Part shown: positions 37,865 through 45,458 of the stretch, piece after piece
How the letters are laid out: each line of letters starts with the position of its first letter
Numbering within the stretch: position 1 is the stretch's first letter
Source: Escherichia coli
GTDB taxonomy: Bacteria > Pseudomonadota > Gammaproteobacteria > Enterobacterales > Enterobacteriaceae
Assembly (NCBI RefSeq): GCF_024502345.1
Contig: NZ_JALDNN010000001.1
Direction: 5' to 3' (one strand)
Length of the DNA stretch: 64,000 bases
Translations under genes and position numbers: made by a program
Notes under the pieces: model-generated
What the model was told of the DNA's origin: nothing
The model's input: only the letters and a program-made list of their open reading frames with translations
The model's database searches: none

Positions 37865-38482
37865 ATGAAAAAACAACCTGTCTCACTGGCTCGGGAGACA
37901 TCGTGCTGCCTGTCGCCTGCTGATGTCTGGCGTACCCTGCTGACTCACCTGCTGGCACAGCACTATGGGCTTGCCCTCAACGATACGCCGTTTGGTGAGG
38001 AAGGCACCATTCAGGCGCATATTGACGCTGGTGTTACCATGATGGAAGCCCTGAATACCGTCGTTGAGAAGTATGATCTGGTACGTACAGATCGGGACAG
38101 TGTGGGCCTTCACCCTGGCTCCTCATTGATTACTGCTATTGATGTTCTCCGGGCGCGAAAAGCCACCGGGCTCCTGAAGCGGGGAGCATATCAGTTCGTG
38201 AGCCACATCACGCAGGGGCGCAGGCCCGCCCCGGACAGTGCAGTAACCGCCGGGCCCTCCGCGCCGTTACCATTGCTACCATCGGACACATTCACCCGAC
38301 AGGACGCGGTGTCCATTATGGCGGTGTATGACTGTGTGGCTATTGAGGATGACCAGCATACCCATTTCCGTCTGGCAATACGCGATGCTGAAGGTCAGCT
38401 TATCTGGCGGGCCTGGAACTTTGAGTCCGGAGCCGGGCAGGGGCTTAACCACTATCTGCAACGTTATGGTGTGAAAAAATGA
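37865..38482 (+). CDS. Hypothetical protein
   Basis: 205-aa ORF with typical coding composition, in the same-strand cluster. I recognised no motif. Confidence 0.45.
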   Translation: MKKQPVSLARETSCCLSPADVWRTLLTHLLAQHYGLALNDTPFGEEGTIQAHIDAGVTMMEALNTVVEKYDLVRTDRDSVGLHPGSSLITAIDVLRARKATGLLKRGAYQFVSHITQGRRPAPDSAVTAGPSAPLPLLPSDTFTRQDAVSIMAVYDCVAIEDDQHTHFRLAIRDAEGQLIWRAWNFESGAGQGLNHYLQRYGVKK

Positions 38483-38576
38483 CCACACAGGGCTGAATGG
38501 CATCCCCAGATGAATTGACTGCTTCCCCGGTCTGCATGGCCGGGATACTCCATTTTTAAGTATTGAGGATGATGTT

Positions 38577-39524
38577 ATGACCTCGAACCGCAAGGGCAGG
38601 CGTGCGGAAACTGTGCGCCAACAAAACGTCCCCACCATCAACCCGGCACAGCTTTGGCTGGCAGGTCTGACGCGCGCCGGGCGCAAGGGGATGCAAAGCC
38701 AGCTTCGGCGCTGTGCCGGTATCCTGCTTCCGGGCTCGGATACCGACAGCTACCCCTGGCAGATGCTGAACTACACGGGGATGATGCAGATCCGTGCGCA
38801 CATGCTGGATGCTGGCTATGCTGTCGCGACTGTCAACATGGCACTGTCGGCGCTGAAATCGGTTGCCTTTAGCGCGTTCAGTATGGGTCTGATGGATGCT
38901 GACACGCTTGCGCGCATACGCAACGTCAGGCGGGTCAGTGGTGACGGTTGTAGGCTGGGGCGTGCGCTGGCCCGCCATGAAATCCGGTCAATGCTGGCGG
39001 CGGCAGCGACGTTCTCCACTGTGCGCTGTCAGCGCGAACGGGCCATTTTGTTGCTTCTGTGTGGTGCCGGGCTGCGAGCGGGTGAGCTGGTTGCCCTGAA
39101 TGCGGAGGATATTGACGTTGCCGCAGGGATTGTCTGGGTCAGGGAGGGAAAAGGGCGCAAAAGTCGTGAAATTCACCTTGCCGCGAAGGTATGCACGCAG
39201 CTGCGCCGTTGGCTGAAGTGCCGTGGAGACCATGAAGGGCCGTTGTTCAGTCGTATCAGCCGGGCAGACCGGCCAGGGCCACACAGGCTTACCACGACTG
39301 GATTGACGGGGCTGTTGGCACAGCTACGCGAAGCCGCTGGCGTGGACTATTTCACCCCGCACGACCTCAGACGAACGTTCATCACACAGTTGCTGGAGCA
39401 GGGAACCGACCTCAACGTGGTACGCCAGCTTGCGGGGCATGCCGATATCGCCACAACCACCCGATATGACTACAGGGGCCGGGGTACGCAGGACAGAGCC
39501 TCCAGGGCTTTCTGTTGCTGGTAA
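38577..39524 (+). CDS. Tyrosine recombinase (XerC/D-like phage integrase family); second recombinase in the island
   Basis: 315 aa with a complete catalytic set: GLRAGE (R), GKGRK (K), HDLRRT (HxxR) and GHADIATTTRY (H...Y). Confidence 0.85.
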   Translation: MTSNRKGRRAETVRQQNVPTINPAQLWLAGLTRAGRKGMQSQLRRCAGILLPGSDTDSYPWQMLNYTGMMQIRAHMLDAGYAVATVNMALSALKSVAFSAFSMGLMDADTLARIRNVRRVSGDGCRLGRALARHEIRSMLAAAATFSTVRCQRERAILLLLCGAGLRAGELVALNAEDIDVAAGIVWVREGKGRKSREIHLAAKVCTQLRRWLKCRGDHEGPLFSRISRADRPGPHRLTTTGLTGLLAQLREAAGVDYFTPHDLRRTFITQLLEQGTDLNVVRQLAGHADIATTTRYDYRGRGTQDRASRAFCCW

Positions 39525-39823
39525 ATCTTCATGGGGTGGGGGATGGCCTTCGTCACCTGCTGATTAAATTCACCAGAGGGTCCCGGAGATATTTTTGATG
39601 CCCCAAAGGCACGTCCAGGGCGGGCTCAGTGCTATGGGGAGGCCGGGAAAGTACGACCAACTCACCACCCCTGCTGAATGACACTATCGTACTTCGCGGC
39701 GCGGAGAGTATAACTTGGTAGCTGAGTATTTCTCAGAGCGATTAAAGTAGTTGTCTGTATGCATGTAGCGTCGGGAAACCATGAAACTAAACTCTGAATT
39801 CATTTAGCTGAATTTGCAGGCAA

Positions 39824-40339
39824 CTACGCCGAAGGACTGTCTGCCCGCTCTGTGCCATCCAGCTTTTCCATTGTTTGGATTACCCAGCGAAAATCATTTA
39901 TTTTTTCAGTCGTTTCCTTGCTCCATGTTTTGCCCGTTACTGCTGTTTTTTTCTTCTCTATATCCACTGGCGATGGATATTTTTTACAAAATTTGAGCAT
40001 GATATCCTTCAGTTCACACTTTTCCTTCAACTCATGAAATTTCAGATAGAGTTCTTTCAGCAGTTTCGCTTCTTTCGATACAGGTTCATATAAGTAGTCG
40101 ATGTAGACCATGTTGATCATGTTATCCAGCGCCTGGCGATATACTTTTCCTCTTCCTTTCTTCAGCATTGAATAATCGTCGTCGTCAAGCCAGTTAGCGA
40201 TCTCCAGTAAACGCTCCTGGCTGTCTTCATGCAGGTTGATTTCAAACCGCTTTCCATATTTCTCCTCCAGCCCTTTGCGGCTTTTCTGCTTAGGCGTCCT
40301 GGGCTCCGCCTTAGCCATATTTTCTTCGTTTTTTCCCAT
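39824..40339 (-). CDS. Hypothetical protein, Lys/Glu-rich, encoded in an AT-rich patch
   Basis: 171-aa ORF divergent from alpA. I recognised no motif. Confidence 0.45.
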   Translation of the reverse strand: MGKNEENMAKAEPRTPKQKSRKGLEEKYGKRFEINLHEDSQERLLEIANWLDDDDYSMLKKGRGKVYRQALDNMINMVYIDYLYEPVSKEAKLLKELYLKFHELKEKCELKDIMLKFCKKYPSPVDIEKKKTAVTGKTWSKETTEKINDFRWVIQTMEKLDGTERADSPSA

Positions 40340-40545
40340 AACTCATACCTCATTTCGGATTGCCACTATCAGAGATCTTTTTGGACCGTCATAAATCAAT
40401 GACGGTCATTCTACTCCAAAGAATGACCGTCCAAAAGTGGGCCGCGAACACTTTGACCGGCGATCGCCATGAATAATCGGCCGAAATCAACTTTGTAAAG
40501 GGAGGGCTGGCCGCCCACTGGGGGTGGATAGATGGAGTTAAAAAT

Positions 40546-40752
40546 ATGAATAACTGCAGGCTGCTCGATATCAAGACTGTGCTCGGGATGTACCCAGTAT
40601 CACGCGCAACGTTATATCGCCAGATCAAGGCGGGGCTCTTTCCGGAGCCTGTACGCATCGGTGCCCGTCGGGTGGCATGGCGTATGGAGGATATCCACGC
40701 GCATATCAGTGGGCTGCCCAATGTTGAGCTGGCTGAAGCAGCTCGTCTGTAA
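40546..40752 (+). CDS. alpA: AlpA-family (MerR-like HTH) phage/island transcriptional regulator or excisionase-type protein
   Basis: 68 aa. LLDIKTVLGMYPVSRATLYRQIKAGLFPEPVRIGARRVAWRMEDI is the canonical AlpA/Phage_AlpA pattern. Confidence 0.8.
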   Translation: MNNCRLLDIKTVLGMYPVSRATLYRQIKAGLFPEPVRIGARRVAWRMEDIHAHISGLPNVELAEAARL

Positions 40753-40853
40753 GCCTCATATAGCCCCTCGTACAGGGGTTCATTCACCATAGTCAGTAGC
40801 ACCTCTACGGATAGCTACTGACATGAATTGCCGTGAGGCTAAGGGAACTGGCG

Positions 40854-41948
40854 ATGATTACAGTTAATCGTGAGCGTGTGGACAATCTCTCCGGGTCTGT
40901 ATACCTGGGGCGAAATACTGACGGCAATAGGTGCTATGGGCGAATTGATAAACTCGCCTGGGTAATGGATTTGTCTGATGATAGCGAGAATGCAGTGCTG
41001 AGTGGGCGTCTGGCTGGGCTGAGAGCGGGAGGGAACTATATCGTGCGGTGCCGCCCTGCCGGTAAAGGGGAGTGTTCTGGCCTCTATCGATCCGTGGTGG
41101 AGATCCGTCTCAAGAGTAAATCCAGTCATCATCCGCTGATGCTGGTCATTTACTTTGCGCCGACGAATACGGTGCGGGGCTCAGTGCGTATGGAAATGAG
41201 TCCTCAGCACTATTCAGCAGAGCAGATCACAGGACTGTTCATCTGGCTTGGGCGTAAGGGACGTCTGGGGAAGTACCTGTACAGGGGCTTGCGCCAGGCA
41301 TGGGTGACGTCCATTCACTACGCACTGGATGTAAAGGGAATGAAACTTCATGACTACCTGATTGGTCTGGCAAAGGTTCATGATGGTGAGTTTTACGATT
41401 TGCATGGTGAACAGGAAGGGTTGCGTCTGGGCTCTGCCACGCTGGTAGCCTCTGTCTACGCCAAGGTCCATTCTCCGTCGTTGAGCGTGGAGGAGCGCTA
41501 TGCATCTCCAAAGATTACGCTGGAGGAGGCGCAATTCGAGCGTTTTTTACGTCTGGAACTCCGCCTGCAGCCGGGGCGCCAGCAATTGAAGCTAAGTCAG
41601 ATGACGAGTATGACCTGTCTGGTCAGCAGGCTGATGTTCTGGCGTCGGGAGGTACTCCAGGATCGTCGGCTGGATCCGGATTTTGCGCAGCGGCTGGCGT
41701 TGATGTCAGTACCACGTGCACGGGCCACGTTTGAGCCCGCGAGGAGTCTGAATGGCCACAGAGTCAGTGCAACCCCAAAGGCTGCCAGGAAACGCGTGGA
41801 CAAGGTCATGGCTAATTACCGGGCGGCATTGTTTGATTCTGCGGCTATCTGGGACCAGTTACCGGTCATTCTCGCAAAACTCGGGCTTCTCGCGCAGCCT
41901 CAGTACTGGATTTACCGTAATCGCGTGAAGTGGCGAGGGAGCCGCTGA
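40854..41948 (+). CDS. Hypothetical protein, possible replication-initiation function (position-based guess)
   Basis: ~364-aa ORF downstream of alpA, which is the typical location of island replication or initiator genes. I could not verify a clean HUH/Y motif. Confidence 0.35.
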   Translation: MITVNRERVDNLSGSVYLGRNTDGNRCYGRIDKLAWVMDLSDDSENAVLSGRLAGLRAGGNYIVRCRPAGKGECSGLYRSVVEIRLKSKSSHHPLMLVIYFAPTNTVRGSVRMEMSPQHYSAEQITGLFIWLGRKGRLGKYLYRGLRQAWVTSIHYALDVKGMKLHDYLIGLAKVHDGEFYDLHGEQEGLRLGSATLVASVYAKVHSPSLSVEERYASPKITLEEAQFERFLRLELRLQPGRQQLKLSQMTSMTCLVSRLMFWRREVLQDRRLDPDFAQRLALMSVPRARATFEPARSLNGHRVSATPKAARKRVDKVMANYRAALFDSAAIWDQLPVILAKLGLLAQPQYWIYRNRVKWRGSR

Positions 41949-42301
41949 AGATAAGCCAGAAGCATATTAGAGGGGGTGTGATGCCACCCTCGTCTGTGGC
42001 GACCAAAAAAATGGCTCCCCCTGATATGTTCTGTGAGGCACGCCTCATCACAGCTGAACAGGGGGTGTGGCTATAGTATGGTGTATACAGTACATACCAG
42101 TACCAGTCTGTTCCCCCTCTGGAACCCTCAATGAGATTGCGACAAGTCACAAGGCATTGTTTTGAGGAAAATTCAGATCCTGAGATAGCCCCCCAAAAAA
42201 TGCAGCCAGCCTGAGTCACATCACTCTGCGCAACCGTAATTCACTGTGCAAATGTACAGCCTGTAAACAGGCAGCATGTTCATAAAACGGAGCACAGTGA
42301 A

Positions 42302-43786
42302 ATGAAAGCCTACTGCACACAAAACAATATTCTCGTCACGGAAAGCACGATGAATGCTTTCAGGGAGGCCATTTTTAGCGTTCCATTCGACGACACATGT
42401 GACGGACGATGCAAGCCAACGTGGTATATGTCCATTGCTATTTTTTTGCAGCATCTTATTTGCAGCGCCACTGCGAGCCGTAACACGCGTAAGCGGTCGC
42501 AATTTAAGGGGAACCGACTATGGACCTGTTCAGTTCCGTTTCCTTATGCACTGGGAGAAAAAGTGGCTCCGGCAGTATTCAGACGCTCAAGAGAGCTACC
42601 GTTTGAAAGAGCGCTGGAAAAGCTGGAGGAAGTAGGGTTTATCAGAATCATTACACACGATGTTATACGTCACAAATGCCGGGAATTTGCGCTTTCTCGG
42701 CGGTTTCTCGACGTGCTGTTTCCCGGGGACAGAACTGCTTATCTCAACCTGGAAGATCGGTATGGCTATCTGACCGATGTTTACCGCAGACGTATGGGAC
42801 CGATGACGCTGGAAGAACGGCTTGCTCAGGCCATGTTACGAAAGTGCAAAGTCAGGCATTTAACGTCAACCCGGAATATACCTGATAAGGCCTTTCGTGA
42901 GCGGGTTGCAGCGGTGTATGACCGGCTTGAAGCGTTGCCGGTTAACATCGATGCGCTGAGGATGTACTGTAACGAGCAACCATCCACTGTGAACAGGGTT
43001 TATTATCACAATTTTATCAGCCATCTTTGTGAAGCCGGTGTTGAGGCTATCAGCCTGAGTCCGTTAATCGTCTCATATCGGCAGGTATATCGTACGGCTA
43101 GGCTGGGCGGGCGTTCGTTTGAGGTGGGGAAGGGGTTTCAGTATCTGCCAAAAGGCATGAAATGGGCATGTCTGGGGCAGGGCTATAACTACGATATAAA
43201 AAGCAGCCAGCTTGAGATACTGCGTCATGAGCTGCAGCGTATCGGATTATCCGATAAAAACCTGAAGCGGCTGGAAACGGATTACATTACAAAGAAACTG
43301 GGCGTCACCACGGATGAGGTAAAACAATTTAGGTTTGCTGCTGTCTTTAGCGCTGGTTCGGTCAGCCTTTCAGTGAAAAGTGGAGTAAGGAAGAGGCTGA
43401 ATAAAGTTCTCGGCGATAAGAGGGCAGAAAACGTGCTCAAACGCTGGAAAAAATTGATGCAACCGCTACGGGAAGATCTGAAGAGGCTGATCGAGGATTA
43501 TCTGGCGACGGGAACCACAAATCGATACGGGCTTTGCGTGAAAAATGCTGTGGGACAAAATTTTAACTGTAGCTGGAAGAATTTCAGCGCCAGACAGGCA
43601 TGGCAGCCAGCGCAGATGCACCGAAAGCTGCTTGCGCACATGTTACAGGGGCTGGAAAGTCAGGCTGTGTACGATTATGTTGCCAGCAATAAAGGCGTTT
43701 GTGCGCTAGAGCATGATGGGTTTGTTACATATGAAGAGATAACTGACTGGTCCCATCCATATCTTTTGATAGAGAAAAAGCATTGA
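42302..43786 (+). CDS. Protein with family-A DNA-polymerase-like palm/fingers motifs (divergent, no exonuclease domain)
   Basis: 494 aa. YNYDIKSSQLEILRHELQRIGLSDKNL resembles Klenow ADYSQIELRIMAHLSRDKGLL (motif A). LLAHMLQGLESQAV resembles INAPMQGTAADII. CALEHDGFV resembles MQVHDELVF (motif C). The motif-B region (LGVTTDEVKQFRFAAVFSAG) is degenerate. Confidence 0.4.
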   Translation: MKAYCTQNNILVTESTMNAFREAIFSVPFDDTCDGRCKPTWYMSIAIFLQHLICSATASRNTRKRSQFKGNRLWTCSVPFPYALGEKVAPAVFRRSRELPFERALEKLEEVGFIRIITHDVIRHKCREFALSRRFLDVLFPGDRTAYLNLEDRYGYLTDVYRRRMGPMTLEERLAQAMLRKCKVRHLTSTRNIPDKAFRERVAAVYDRLEALPVNIDALRMYCNEQPSTVNRVYYHNFISHLCEAGVEAISLSPLIVSYRQVYRTARLGGRSFEVGKGFQYLPKGMKWACLGQGYNYDIKSSQLEILRHELQRIGLSDKNLKRLETDYITKKLGVTTDEVKQFRFAAVFSAGSVSLSVKSGVRKRLNKVLGDKRAENVLKRWKKLMQPLREDLKRLIEDYLATGTTNRYGLCVKNAVGQNFNCSWKNFSARQAWQPAQMHRKLLAHMLQGLESQAVYDYVASNKGVCALEHDGFVTYEEITDWSHPYLLIEKKH

Positions 43787-43922
43787 AGCAAGTTATACAT
43801 TATCTAAATCTGAGGGCTCATAGATTGGGCTGTTGCTCGGTTAAATCATTGTATCTTTTCAGTATGTTATAGTGTATTCTCATTTAAAGTGAGCGTAACT
43901 ATATCCTGAGTCAATTGAAAAT

Positions 43923-45458
43923 ATGAAGCAAGAAACGATCGTTCAAAAAATTTGGAGTCTCTGCAACATACTAAGAGGTGATGGTATCACCTATTATCAG
44001 TATGTTTCTGAACTAAGTTATTTGCTTTTTCTGAAGATTGCTCAAGAAAATGGTTCAGAAAAGCTGATACCTCAAGGCTACCGCTGGGCTGATCTTGAAT
44101 CCCATCCAGAAGCAGGATTATTAGGGTTTTATCAAGAGATGCTCACTCACTTGGGTGCGCATGTTAAAAATGAAATCATAAGAGAGATTTACGCATTCCC
44201 TACAACCGTTTTCTCCCATTCTGAAAATTTAAAAGCTGTTGTAGATGGTATTTCGAAAATAGAGTGGCACCAAGTAGGAAAAGATGGGTTTGGCGACCTC
44301 TATAGTGGTTTAATTGATAAAAGTGCTCAAGATACGCGTTCGGGAGCCGGGCAGTATTTTACTCCACGCTCTTTAGTTAACACGATAGTGAGATTGATAA
44401 AACCGAGTCTTGGCGAATTGATTCAAGATCCTGCGTCAGGAAGTGGTGGCTTCTTAGTTTCTGCTGACAGCTATATTCGAGTCAAATATTCACGAAAAGA
44501 GTATCAATTGAACCCTCCTAAATATCAAGGAGTGGAAATAGAGAAAAATACTCGTCGAATTTGCTTAATGAATACCTTTTTACATGATTTAGATGCACAC
44601 ATTATCTATGGTGATGCACTGACTGATGACGTAGCAGGGTTGGATGAAGCCGATGTAATCTTAGCCAATCCCCCTTTTGGCAATAAGGCTGGGGGACAAC
44701 GTCCTTTACGTAACGATATTCCATTCCCCAATACAAATAAGCAATTAGCTTTTTTGCAGCATATTTATTTGAAGCTTAAAGCTGGCGGTCGAGCTGCTGT
44801 AGTGGTACCCGATAATGTACTATTCGAATCTGGGGTTGGTACCGATGTACGTCGTGACTTAATGAATAAGTGCAATCTTCATACTATCTTGCGACTGCCC
44901 ACTGGTATTTTTTACGCCCAAGGTGTTAAAACCAATGTTCTGTTCTTTACTAAAGGCTCTGACAAAGATAAATATCAACAAGATAGCTGCACTGAGAACG
45001 TCTGGGTATACGATCTACGTACCAATATGCCAAGTTTTGGTAAACGTACACCCTTCGGTAATTCAGATATTGGCTTTGCGGCAGAAGATTTCGGTACAGA
45101 TCAGCACCTCGGCGCGTTCGAAAAAGTGTTCGGAGATAATCCAGACGGCACCAGCAAGCGCACCGAAGGTGAATACAGCTTTGGTGCAACAGATATTGAA
45201 ATTGATACAGAAGCAGTAGAAGAAAACCTGAATGTTGATGAACAGCTAGCCCATTCTCGCTGGCGCTACTTCAGCCGTGAGTGGATAGCCAATAATAAAG
45301 GCGATTCGCTGGATATCTCATGGTTAAAAGACAAAAAGAGTGTCGATGCGGCTGGTTTATCCGAGCCAAACGTTCTCGCTCGCGAGGCAAAAGAAGAATT
45401 AGAAGCAGCATTGAGTGAGCTGGATAGTTTATTGATCGCATTGGAAGGGGCCGAATAA
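43923..45458 (+). CDS. hsdM: Type I restriction-modification N6-adenine DNA methyltransferase subunit
   Basis: 511 aa. It has an HsdM N-terminal domain (IVQKIWSLCNILRGDG), SAM motif I (DPASGSGGFL) and catalytic motif IV (NPPFG). Confidence 0.92.
   Translation: MKQETIVQKIWSLCNILRGDGITYYQYVSELSYLLFLKIAQENGSEKLIPQGYRWADLESHPEAGLLGFYQEMLTHLGAHVKNEIIREIYAFPTTVFSHSENLKAVVDGISKIEWHQVGKDGFGDLYSGLIDKSAQDTRSGAGQYFTPRSLVNTIVRLIKPSLGELIQDPASGSGGFLVSADSYIRVKYSRKEYQLNPPKYQGVEIEKNTRRICLMNTFLHDLDAHIIYGDALTDDVAGLDEADVILANPPFGNKAGGQRPLRNDIPFPNTNKQLAFLQHIYLKLKAGGRAAVVVPDNVLFESGVGTDVRRDLMNKCNLHTILRLPTGIFYAQGVKTNVLFFTKGSDKDKYQQDSCTENVWVYDLRTNMPSFGKRTPFGNSDIGFAAEDFGTDQHLGAFEKVFGDNPDGTSKRTEGEYSFGATDIEIDTEAVEENLNVDEQLAHSRWRYFSREWIANNKGDSLDISWLKDKKSVDAAGLSEPNVLAREAKEELEAALSELDSLLIALEGAE

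Noticed and set aside
40389-40802. A 137-aa minus-strand ORF overlapping alpA and the operator-like repeats.
   Set aside because: It is antisense to the well-supported alpA ORF, and the region is better explained as promoter/operator plus alpA.
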